A stretch of DNA of 64,000 nucleotides from an uncultured bacterium (GTDB lineage Bacteria > Acidobacteriota > Thermoanaerobaculia > Multivoradales > JAHZIX01): positions 5,488-69,487 of the forward strand of contig CBDUPA010000026.1 of the NCBI GenBank assembly GCA_965368975.1, in the 5' to 3' direction. Under the pieces are notes generated by a model that was not told where the DNA came from, did not search any database, and saw only the letters and a program-made list of their open reading frames with translations. Positions 51,373 to 59,455 of this stretch are shown in pieces. Position 1 is the first letter of the stretch. The number at the start of each line of letters is the position of its first letter. Position numbers and translations under genes: made by a program.

Positions 51373-53400
51373 TCAGAGCGCCTGGACAACGCCCAGGCGC
51401 CGGGCCAGCCAATAGACCAGCACGAAGTCGACTCCTGGTGGTCGGATGCCGATGTCCCGCGGTACCGCCAGGTCGCCGACGAGCTTGAACGGTGACCGCT
51501 GCCACAGGAAGTCCGTGCTCGGTCGCGCATCGACGGGCAGGGGCTGGCGGCTGATCCGCTCCTTGCCGCCGCCGGACAAGCCTGGATACCGTACCGTCTC
51601 CAGGCTGGTGTCGCCGCGGTGATCGAACGGTTGGAAGATCCTCGAGCGCTGCAGCCACAACGCCAGCTGCCCGCGGACCTCGTGCTCCAGCTCGGAGCGG
51701 GGCCGGCTGAGCAGTGCGGGTGTCTCGCCGAACAAAGCCAGTTCCACCAGGTTGAACCAGGCGTTGTCGTGGTAGCGCAGTGCCCGCCGCAGGACGCGCA
51801 GGGGTAGGGCCATCTGCGCCCTCTGTTCTGGGTTGTCTTCGGCCAGCAGCAGGAGGGCGAGACCGTGCTCCAGATTGAACTTGTAGTACCTGTTGTGCGG
51901 GTCGAGCGTCTGCAGCCACGAGAACCACCACAAACACGGCGCCGCGTCCGCGATCCGCCCGTACGCGTCGGCGAAGGAGTCAGGGTCGAGGCGCTGGGCC
52001 AGGTGCAGAATGTAGAGGACCTGGGTCGGAGAGAAGCCGTAGGTGACGCTACTGCTCGGTGGTTCGTCGGCGTCCAGGCGCACCTCGGCCGGGGACCAGC
52101 CGTTGTTCAGTAGATAGCCGGCCATCGCCAGTACCAGCTGCCTCGCTCGCTCGCGCAGCTGCGTGATGTGGTCGTCGGGTTCTCCTGGCTCGAGCAGCAA
52201 AGCTGCCAGGCCGGCGCCGAGGAAGGCGCCAGCGTACTGATCGCGAGTGATGTGCCCGAGGGCGCGAACGGAGTCCCCGGGGTCGACGATCGAGCTGGTC
52301 GCCAGCGAGCCCCCGCCGGTCACGGGTTCGCGGCTGTTGAACAACCATTCCGCCTTGCCGCGCCGTTCGATGTCCAGCTCCAAGGCTTCCAGTACCGGTG
52401 AGGCCAGCGGCACACGGACACGGCAGAGCTGGCCGGGGTCGACGGTCAGTCGGGTCAAAGTCTCCAGGCCGTCGAGCGCCCGCTCCACCGCACTGGCGGC
52501 CTCGTCCTCGCGCGTCACCACGAAATGCAGCACCTCCGCGGCCAGATAGTGTCCGGTCCAGATGGCACTGTCCTGAAACTGTACGAACGATGCCGGCGCT
52601 GCCTTCACCCTGGGAGCACTGAGGCGCAGTCCCAGCACGGTATTCCACGGCATGTGCTCGGCCAGGATGTGGGCCGACAGCGTGCGGGCGGTTCCCTCCA
52701 GGTCCACGGGCAAAGCGGGGTCGGCCACTGCCGGTGCTGCGGGTGCCAGGCCGAGTTGCCGGATCTCCTCGGCTTCCGGGTGTGGCAAGAGTTCCTGCAA
52801 CGCCGCTTCGGCCTGTCCGCGCGCTACGTGCCGCGCCACCAGTTCCGCCGTTTCCAGCAGAAGCTGGAGCAGGGGAGTCTTGCTGCCGGAGTCGGGTGTC
52901 TCCAACTCGACCTCGAAGTCGACATGCAGCCGACTGTGCCGCAGCAGCTCGGCTTCTGTTCGCCGCGTCCGTCGTGCCTGCAGGGCCGCGTGGATGCGCA
53001 GGTCGCGCAACTGGATCGCCAGGGTGTGATGGTTTCCGAGCAACGGCAGCGAGCGCTCCACCTCGACCTGCACCGCCAGGCTCCAGGTTCCCTCGAGTGG
53101 CAGGCAGATTTCCAGCTCCTCTTGCGCGGCCGCTGGCAGATTGGTGCACCGGAGTCCGGGGGGCGGTTGTAGCTCCAATCGCAGTTCTCGGAAGCCCCGG
53201 ATCCACTCCGTTTGCCGGCGCAGTTCGTCCAGGGCCAGGCTGGCTCGCTCGACCAGCTCACGCTGGCGCGCCGCCCAGACGCCTGCCAGAAAGTGGTTCA
53301 GCGCCGCGCTGGCTGCGGCCTGTTCGCTGTCGTTCACCGAGTGTTGGAGAAACGAAGAGGTTACTTGCTGCTCTCTGTGAAACAGGTCTCCGTCAGGCAT
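51373..53400 (-). CDS. Hypothetical cytoplasmic protein (675 aa), helical-repeat-looking C-terminal half
   Basis: Long uninterrupted ORF with non-repetitive, coding-like composition. No signal peptide and no motif I recognise. Confidence 0.6.
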   Translation of the reverse strand: MPDGDLFHREQQVTSSFLQHSVNDSEQAAASAALNHFLAGVWAARQRELVERASLALDELRRQTEWIRGFRELRLELQPPPGLRCTNLPAAAQEELEICLPLEGTWSLAVQVEVERSLPLLGNHHTLAIQLRDLRIHAALQARRTRRTEAELLRHSRLHVDFEVELETPDSGSKTPLLQLLLETAELVARHVARGQAEAALQELLPHPEAEEIRQLGLAPAAPAVADPALPVDLEGTARTLSAHILAEHMPWNTVLGLRLSAPRVKAAPASFVQFQDSAIWTGHYLAAEVLHFVVTREDEAASAVERALDGLETLTRLTVDPGQLCRVRVPLASPVLEALELDIERRGKAEWLFNSREPVTGGGSLATSSIVDPGDSVRALGHITRDQYAGAFLGAGLAALLLEPGEPDDHITQLRERARQLVLAMAGYLLNNGWSPAEVRLDADEPPSSSVTYGFSPTQVLYILHLAQRLDPDSFADAYGRIADAAPCLWWFSWLQTLDPHNRYYKFNLEHGLALLLLAEDNPEQRAQMALPLRVLRRALRYHDNAWFNLVELALFGETPALLSRPRSELEHEVRGQLALWLQRSRIFQPFDHRGDTSLETVRYPGLSGGGKERISRQPLPVDARPSTDFLWQRSPFKLVGDLAVPRDIGIRPPGVDFVLVYWLARRLGVVQAL

Positions 53401-53517
53401 GGTGAGCGTCTCCTGAAAAAAATCAGAGATCGGAGTTGCTGTGCCAAGGGTTGTCTTCAGCCTAGCATGGTGTGCTGAAATCTGAGGTGGAGGGATGCGG
53501 GAGGACGCTGGATCTCC

Positions 53518-55761
53518 TCAGGGCCTCGACTCTCGCCAGCGCCGCGCTCCCTCGGCATCTCCCAAGCGCTCTGCTGTCGCTGCCGCCAGTTCAACGACAT
53601 CCGGCTCCGGCCGCGCCCGGACCATCGCTTCGAGCAACGGCTCAATGGCGGCAAACCGTTGCTGCGACGCATAGAGCACTGCTAGGTTCGCATAGGCCTG
53701 GCTGTTGCCGGGGAAGCGCTGGATCTCTTCCTGGAACGCGGCTTCCGCTTCCCGCGGCCGTGCTAGTCGCGCCAGGGTGTCGGCGCGCAGGAAGCAGAGC
53801 GTAGGCACCGGTTCCAGGCTGCCGCTACGGACCCGTGCTTGCAGTGCGTCCAAGTGCTGCAGTGCCTCCGGCAGGCGCTGAGCCTCGATCAGTAGTCGGG
53901 CCAGTAGCAGCACCGCCTCGGGACGTGCCACGGCGTCGGCGTCGACAGCGGCACGGGCGGCGGCGAGAGCATCGGAGGTATCGCCGGCTCGCTCGGCGAT
54001 GCGCGCCAGCAGGGCTTGTGCGGGGCCGGGCGTGGGCCCGACGGCGGCTTCAGCGTGCTCGCGAGCTTCCTCGAGGCGGTCGAGGGCGAGCAGGCTGTGG
54101 CCCATGTCGACAAGCAAGCTGCCAGCGGCGGCGGGACTGAGCTCCAGGGCCTGGCGGTAGCTGGCCAGGGCCTCTTCGTGACGGTCGAGTCGTTGCAGGC
54201 AGCCGGCACGCTGGACGTGGGCGTCGAACATGGCGGGGAACCGAGCGAGGACGCGGTCGAGAGCTTCGACGGAACCGGAACAGTCGCCTTCGGCGGCGCG
54301 AGCGTAAGCAGCCTGGACATCCTCGAGCACGGGGAGGGCGTCCTTGGGGTCGGGCAGGTCACCATCCGTCGCGGCGGAGGGCGTGGAGAGGTAGCCCAGG
54401 GCGGCGAAGCGGGCGGCTTCTTCGTCGCTGACGGCGGCGGGACCGGCGAAAGTGTCGGGGTGTTGCTCGGCGAGCTCGTCGCGCAGGGTGAAGTAGGCTC
54501 GGCGCGGGGCACCGGAGGGGGCGTCGGTCAGTAGGTTGTGCCGCTGGGCCGGGTCTGCGGCGAGATCGTAGAGTTCGGGGCGCGGGGCCTCGATGTACTG
54601 GTAAGGCAAGCCGACCAGGGAGCGTAGCGGGCTCCAGCCGAGATGGAGACGAGCGTAGTAGCTCTCGGCGTAGAGTGGGCGCGCCTGGCCGCTCGCGGGC
54701 GCGGGTGCGAGCAGGGAGCGGCCAGCCAGGGTATCCGTACCGGGGCCAGGAGGGGGTGTCGCGGAAAGTGGCAGGTCGAGGACGTCCAGCACGGTGGGCA
54801 GGATATCGATCAGCCCGACCGGCTGCTGGAGTATGGTGCCGGCGCGCAGGTTGGCGCGTTGCTCGGTGGGTAGGTTGACGGGTAGCTTGAGGAGGAGTGG
54901 CACGCGTAGCGTTTCGCGGTAGAGGAAGATGCCGTGCTCGGCTTCGCCATGGTCGCCGAGACCTTCGCCGTGGTCGGAGAGGAAGATAATCAAGGCGTCA
55001 TCGTAGAGGTCGAGGGTGCGCAGGTGGTCGAGCAGTTGACCGATTGCCGCGTCGGCGGCGGCGATCTCGCCGTCATAGGCGTCTGGGTAGCGACTCCGAA
55101 AAGGTTCGGGTGGCGTGTAGGGTGTGTGCGGCTCGAACAGGTGGACGAAGAGGAAGAAGGGCTGATCCGGCCGGTTTCGGTGCTGCGTGTCGAGCCAGGC
55201 GCGGGCTGCAGCGACGGTCTGGAGCCCCGCGCGCTGCAGATCCCCCATGCCACGGTTGGCGCCATAGTCGACGCCGTCATCGTAGTGCTCGAAGGCCTCG
55301 CCGAGGCCGCTGTCGGCGCGCAAGACGTAGGCCGAGACGGCGGCGGCGGTGGCGTAGCCGGCACTGCGCAACCGCTGTGGCAGCAGGGGGTGCCCTTCGG
55401 CGGCCAGACGCTGCGCGTCCAGGCGGTAGCCGACGTTGTCGCGCACGCCGTGCTGGTAGGGATGCAGGCCGGTGAACAGGCTGCTGTGAGCGGGCAGGGT
55501 CAGAGGAGCCGAGGTGAAGGCGTTGTCGTAACGCACGGCGTCGGCGGCCAGGCGGTCCACATGCGGGGTGTCGACGCCGTCGTAGCCGTAGACCGGCAGG
55601 CGGTCGGCACGCAGAGTGTCGACAGAGATCAAGATCACCGGTGGCGTGCTCGTGGGCGTGGTGTCGGCTGGCGAAGTAGCTGACGGTGCGTCCGGTGATG
55701 GGCTACAGGCGTGCAGCCAGAGCGGCAGGAGCAGGGCAAGGAGAAGATGGCGGTGCTGCAT
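53518..55761 (-). CDS. Sulfatase-like (alkaline-phosphatase superfamily) lipoprotein with C-terminal TPR repeats
   Basis: Lipobox LHAC. ILISVDTLRADRL...TPHVDRLA...SAPLTLPAHSSLFTG places TLPAH where sulfatases have C/S-x-P-x-R. The C-terminal ~300 aa are TPR-like. Confidence 0.8.
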   Translation of the reverse strand: MQHRHLLLALLLPLWLHACSPSPDAPSATSPADTTPTSTPPVILISVDTLRADRLPVYGYDGVDTPHVDRLAADAVRYDNAFTSAPLTLPAHSSLFTGLHPYQHGVRDNVGYRLDAQRLAAEGHPLLPQRLRSAGYATAAAVSAYVLRADSGLGEAFEHYDDGVDYGANRGMGDLQRAGLQTVAAARAWLDTQHRNRPDQPFFLFVHLFEPHTPYTPPEPFRSRYPDAYDGEIAAADAAIGQLLDHLRTLDLYDDALIIFLSDHGEGLGDHGEAEHGIFLYRETLRVPLLLKLPVNLPTEQRANLRAGTILQQPVGLIDILPTVLDVLDLPLSATPPPGPGTDTLAGRSLLAPAPASGQARPLYAESYYARLHLGWSPLRSLVGLPYQYIEAPRPELYDLAADPAQRHNLLTDAPSGAPRRAYFTLRDELAEQHPDTFAGPAAVSDEEAARFAALGYLSTPSAATDGDLPDPKDALPVLEDVQAAYARAAEGDCSGSVEALDRVLARFPAMFDAHVQRAGCLQRLDRHEEALASYRQALELSPAAAGSLLVDMGHSLLALDRLEEAREHAEAAVGPTPGPAQALLARIAERAGDTSDALAAARAAVDADAVARPEAVLLLARLLIEAQRLPEALQHLDALQARVRSGSLEPVPTLCFLRADTLARLARPREAEAAFQEEIQRFPGNSQAYANLAVLYASQQRFAAIEPLLEAMVRARPEPDVVELAAATAERLGDAEGARRWRESRP

Positions 55762-55814
55762 GAGGCCTTCTGTGTGTGGTGGCGAGAAGGGGGCTGGGTA
55801 TCGAGGGTGGGGTT

Positions 55815-57461
55815 TCAGGCGGCGTGCGCCTCGAAGTCGTCACGCAGGTCCTCGACCGCCTTCGGGTTGCCGCAGACGAAGACGCTGTCCCCCTTCTCGA
55901 AGACGAAGTCGGTGCCGAGGTTGGTCTTGGCCTCGGCGCCACGCTCGACCGCGACCACGGAGCAGCCACTGCGCGCGCGCAGGCGCAAGTCGCCCAGCCG
56001 ACGGCCAGCGAGGTTGCCGACCGGCAGGCGCAGCACCTTCAGCTGCGGGTACAGCGACACCGCGTCTTCACCCAGCAGGCGGCGGCCGAGGATCTGTCCC
56101 GAAACCTGGCTCATCGACAGGGCGAACTCGGCGCCGGCGGTGTGGATGCGCAGCACGTTCTGAGCCTTGTTGACGCGCGCGATGATGGGCAGATGGGGGC
56201 ACATATCCTTGAGGATGACAGTGGCGAAGAGGGTCGCGCTGTCGGAGTCGAGCGCGAGGATGAAGCTCTGCGCCTCTTCAAAGCCGGCCTGGTGCAGGAT
56301 ATCCGGGTCGAGCACGTCACCGACCAGATCGACTTCGCGGCCGGGATTACGGTCGATCAGCAGGACGTCTTCGCCGGCGTCGCGCAGCAGGTGCGCTACC
56401 TTGCGACCCACCTCGCCGCCGCCGCCGACGATGAAGCGCCCTTTCTGACGCAGCGCGAACGCGGTACCGGCAGCCAGCTCGATCAGCCGGTCGACGTGCT
56501 GCTCGGTGCCGACGACCACCAGGAGGCCGTCGGCTACCAAGAGGGTGTCGGGTCCGGGTTGACTATCCAGCCGTCCGCGGTGCCACTGGCCGATGACATT
56601 GACGCCAGTTCGCCGGCCGATATCGGCATCGGCCAGGGATTGGCCAGCGAGGGGGCTCTCCGGGCGGATGCGGACCTCGGTGACCCGCAGGTGTTCTCCT
56701 AGCGCTTCGACGCCCGCCACCGGCGAGGCCAGGCGCCGACTGGCACGTGCGGCGAGAGCGGCGCCGAGCATGTGGCGGGGAGTGTAGACAGCGTCGGCGC
56801 CGGCCAGGTGCAGCGGCTTGCGGTGTTGCGGCTCCTCGACCAAGGCCAGGATATCGTGCTCGAATCCGGCCTGCCGTGCCGCCAGGATGACGTTGGCATT
56901 GCGGTCATCAGCGGCGTTGGCCACCAGGGCGCTGGCGCGCTCCAGGCCGGCGGCGGGTAGGGCGTCGTCGTCGAGGTCGCGGAACACGACCGTCACTCCT
57001 TGGTCGATCAGGCGGCGCGCACGGCTTTCCTCCTCTTCGATCACCACGACCTGGCGGCCAGCAGCCTGCAGCTGCTCGATCAAGGTGGTCACCGAGGTGC
57101 CGTAGCCGAAGATCAGCACGTGGTTGTGCACTTTGGGGGGAAGGTTCCGCGGCAGGCGGCTCTCGAAGCGCTCTTCGAGAAAGGGGATCAGATAGATCGG
57201 GATGATCAGGAAGACCAGGAAGACCCCGAGGAACTGGACAGCGGCGACGTAGACCGACATCAAGGGGTGGGTCCAGACGGCATCCTTGCCGTACCCGGTG
57301 GTCGTCAGAGTCTCGACGGACCACTCGAAGGCTTGCCAGAAGGTGCGCGTCTCGTTCTCGAGTGTGGCCATGCCCCACTGGTAGACAACGGCCAGCAGTA
57401 TGACCAGCAAGGGGAAGGACAGCAACAGTAGAAACAGTCGGCGGCGGGCTCGCGAGACCAT
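55815..57461 (-). CDS. Potassium channel with tandem RCK (TrkA-N/TrkA-C) domains
   Basis: Two TM segments plus a pore with selectivity filter TTTGYGK. Two Rossmann-type RCK domains (IFGYGTSV, IVGGGGEVG) are present. Confidence 0.88.
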   Translation of the reverse strand: MVSRARRRLFLLLLSFPLLVILLAVVYQWGMATLENETRTFWQAFEWSVETLTTTGYGKDAVWTHPLMSVYVAAVQFLGVFLVFLIIPIYLIPFLEERFESRLPRNLPPKVHNHVLIFGYGTSVTTLIEQLQAAGRQVVVIEEEESRARRLIDQGVTVVFRDLDDDALPAAGLERASALVANAADDRNANVILAARQAGFEHDILALVEEPQHRKPLHLAGADAVYTPRHMLGAALAARASRRLASPVAGVEALGEHLRVTEVRIRPESPLAGQSLADADIGRRTGVNVIGQWHRGRLDSQPGPDTLLVADGLLVVVGTEQHVDRLIELAAGTAFALRQKGRFIVGGGGEVGRKVAHLLRDAGEDVLLIDRNPGREVDLVGDVLDPDILHQAGFEEAQSFILALDSDSATLFATVILKDMCPHLPIIARVNKAQNVLRIHTAGAEFALSMSQVSGQILGRRLLGEDAVSLYPQLKVLRLPVGNLAGRRLGDLRLRARSGCSVVAVERGAEAKTNLGTDFVFEKGDSVFVCGNPKAVEDLRDDFEAHAA

Positions 57462-57547
57462 GGAGCTATTCTAGCGTGCTGGCATGGGGCTGTGCCGGCC
57501 CAGAGGCAAGGCGGGGCGGTGCTAAGCTGAGGCCGGAGGGAGTCTCG

Positions 57548-57940
57548 ATGAGCAGCGGTGCGGACAAGGAAGTACGGATCGACAAGTGGCTGCAGATCGC
57601 CCGGGTTTTCAAGTCGCGCAGTCAGGCGACTCGAGCGTGCGAGTTGGGCCGCGTCAAGGTCAACGGCTACGTTACCAAGGCGCACCGTCGCCTGCAGCTA
57701 GAGGATCGCATTGCGGTGGAGAAGGGGGAGTGGACGCAGGTCGTGGTGGTGAAGGAATTGCGTGACAAGCCGCTTCCCAAGGCCGAAGCTGCGCGTCTGT
57801 ACGAGGATGAGAGCCCACCGAAGCCGGCACCGGATCCGCTGCGCAGGCTGATGCGGATGCCCGCTGCCAAGCGCGAGCGCGGCGCTGGCCGGCCGACCAA
57901 GAAGCAGCGGCGCGAGATGGACCGTCTCCGCGGAGACTGA
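57548..57940 (+). CDS. S4-domain RNA-binding protein (Hsp15/HslR-like)
   Basis: VRIDKWLQIARVFKSRSQATRACELGRVKVNG is an S4 motif, followed by a basic tail. GGAGGG lies 7 nt upstream of the ATG at 57548. Confidence 0.8.
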   Translation: MSSGADKEVRIDKWLQIARVFKSRSQATRACELGRVKVNGYVTKAHRRLQLEDRIAVEKGEWTQVVVVKELRDKPLPKAEAARLYEDESPPKPAPDPLRRLMRMPAAKRERGAGRPTKKQRREMDRLRGD

Positions 57941-57963
57941 TTTCCGCGGAGACTGATCTCCGC
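57927..57963. repeat. 16-bp x2.3 tandem repeat spanning the S4-gene stop codon
   Basis: TCCGCGGAGACTGATT, TCCGCGGAGACTGATC, then TCCGC. Confidence 0.9.
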
Positions 57964-58053
57964 TGAAATGGAGCTGGCGACCGGTTGGGCGATGGGGCTG
58001 CCTGGTGAAACGGGGCTGTCGAGGAGATCCCGCGGACATGCTTGCGCTCTTGG

Positions 58054-58088
58054 CAAAAAAATGCGTCGGGAGCTGCTAGCTCCCGACG
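58054..58088 (-). terminator. Strong rho-independent terminator on the minus strand
   Basis: Perfect 11-bp stem (58064-58088, 3-nt loop). On the minus strand it is followed by CA and then seven T residues. Confidence 0.8.
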
Positions 58089-58277
58089 GCAGAGGACAGC
58101 CGGTTACGGCTTCTGTTTCGAGTTGTCACCGAGTCGCTGGCGCTCTAGGGCCAGCTCAGCCATGGGGGCCAGCGGGTATGGAGGCCCATTCAGTGGTGCG
58201 AGGTCCGCATCTCAGTGGTAGAGGAGGAACTGTGAGATGACCCACTGAGATTGTGCGTGCGGTGCGGTTTCCTCACG
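58054..58277 (-). ncRNA. Candidate ~220-nt small RNA (promoter-to-terminator unit, no convincing ORF)
   Basis: The unit runs from a near-consensus promoter (TTGACA-17 nt-TAGACT) to the terminator above. An internal 10-bp stem (58209-58218 with 58242-58251) presents a CCUCCUC-containing loop. Confidence 0.5.
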
Positions 58278-58283
58278 ACCCGG

Positions 58284-58312
58284 AGTCTAGGCACTAGATC
58301 TTGAGTTGTCAA
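58284..58312 (-). promoter_or_regulatory. Sigma70-type promoter (minus strand)
   Basis: The -35 TTGACA is at 58312-58307 and the -10 TAGACT at 58289-58284, with a 17-nt spacer. Confidence 0.55.
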
Positions 58313-58338
58313 GGTGATGTCCATGTTCTGTTGACCAA
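58306..58338. promoter_or_regulatory. Three phased 11-bp direct repeats (CarH-operator-like)
   Basis: The units TTGTCAAGGTG, ATGTCCATGTT and CTGTTGACCAA fit nTGTnnAnnTn at 6/6, 6/6 and 5/6 specified positions. Confidence 0.5.
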
Positions 58339-58359
58339 ATCTGGACAGGCTGGTACAGT
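58331..58359 (+). promoter_or_regulatory. Sigma70-type promoter for the carH-like gene (predicts a leaderless mRNA)
   Basis: The -35 TTGACC, a 17-nt spacer and an extended -10 TGGTACAGT. Only 6 nt separate the -10 from the ATG at 58366. Confidence 0.55.
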
Positions 58360-58365
58360 CCCGCA

Positions 58366-59376
58366 ATGTCCAGTAAGCTGATTCACATGCCACTCCCTCG
58401 CTCGCTAGAGTCCGCGGTCCAGCAAGACGACGTTGCGCGCCATCCCATTGGGATTGTTGCACGCCGTACGGCGCTTAAGCCTGACCTGATCCGGGCCTGG
58501 GAGCGACGCTACCAGGCGGTGCAGCCACGGAGGACTGCAGGTCGACATCGCTTTTACAGCGATCTGGACATCGAGCGATTGACGCTGCTGCGTTTGGCGA
58601 CCGAGAATGGTCGCAGTATTGGGCAGATCGCAAGGCTGTCGCACCAGGAACTGCTGCAACTGGTGCGCGAGGATCAGCAGGCGGTGGGCAGCGTGCCCCT
58701 GCGGGGCGAGCCGGTTCTCAGTGATGGCCTCAGGGGCGCCGAGCAGTACCGCACCGCGTGCATGTCAGCGGTGGAAGGGCTGGAGGCGCGCGAGTTGGAG
58801 TTGTTGCTGGAGCAGGCCGCGGTCGACTTGAGTCGGCCGGTCCTGATCGAGGAAATGCTGGTTCCGCTTCTGCAGCAGATCGGTGACCGCTGGCGCGAGG
58901 GAAGCCTCCGGCCGATGCACGAGCATCTGAGCACGGCGGTGGTGCGCTCGTTCATCGGCACGATCCACGCCAACTCGCTGGTCGACGCGCACGCACCGCA
59001 GCTAGTGGCGACCACGCCGTCAGGGCAACGGCACGAGTTGGGAGCCTTGATGGTCGCCGGTATTGCAGCTTCGGAAGGCTGGCGGACGACCTATCTCGGG
59101 CCGGACCTGCCAGCGGAGGAAATTGTCGCGGCTTGCCGCCTGAAGGGGGCACGGGCACTGGCGCTGAGCCTGGTCTACCCGGCGGACGATCCGCTGCTGG
59201 GCGACAATCTTCTACTTCTAAGCAGACACCTGCCGGAGACCTGTTCGATTCTGATCGGAGGGGCCGCGGCACCCGCCTACCGTGAGTACTTGGACGCAAT
59301 CGGAGCCGTGGTCGTGGGGGACTTGACGTCATTCCGCGACGAACTGGGTAAGCTACGACTCCAGTCTAAAGTCTGA
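58366..59376 (+). CDS. carH: MerR-family, B12-binding photoreceptor-type transcriptional repressor (CarH/LitR family)
   Basis: MerR HTH (IGIVARRTALKPDLIRAWERRY). Wx9EH motif (WREGSLRPMHEH). B12-binding motifs RHELG...SL...GG. Confidence 0.8.
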   Translation: MSSKLIHMPLPRSLESAVQQDDVARHPIGIVARRTALKPDLIRAWERRYQAVQPRRTAGRHRFYSDLDIERLTLLRLATENGRSIGQIARLSHQELLQLVREDQQAVGSVPLRGEPVLSDGLRGAEQYRTACMSAVEGLEARELELLLEQAAVDLSRPVLIEEMLVPLLQQIGDRWREGSLRPMHEHLSTAVVRSFIGTIHANSLVDAHAPQLVATTPSGQRHELGALMVAGIAASEGWRTTYLGPDLPAEEIVAACRLKGARALALSLVYPADDPLLGDNLLLLSRHLPETCSILIGGAAAPAYREYLDAIGAVVVGDLTSFRDELGKLRLQSKV

Positions 59377-59383
59377 AGCTTCA

Positions 59384-59413
59384 GCCCCCTTCGACTTGGC
59401 CCCCTTCGACTGG
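59384..59413. repeat. 15-bp x2 tandem duplication in the convergent intergenic region
   Basis: GCCCCCTTCGACTTG followed by GCCCCCTTCGACTGG. Confidence 0.9.
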
Positions 59414-59419
59414 CGCGCT

Positions 59420-59455
59420 TCAGATCGGCTGTGTCTCTCAGATCGGCTGTGTCTC
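59420..59455. repeat. 18-bp x2 tandem duplication that includes the stop and last five codons of the 59438-60775 gene
   Basis: TCAGATCGGCTGTGTCTC occurs twice in perfect tandem. Confidence 0.95.

Noticed and set aside
58190-58462. 90-aa minus-strand ORF in the carH upstream region
   Set aside because: It starts inside the carH coding region, upstream of the predicted minus-strand promoter. It has no RBS and its translation is not protein-like. The region is better explained by the promoters and the non-coding unit.
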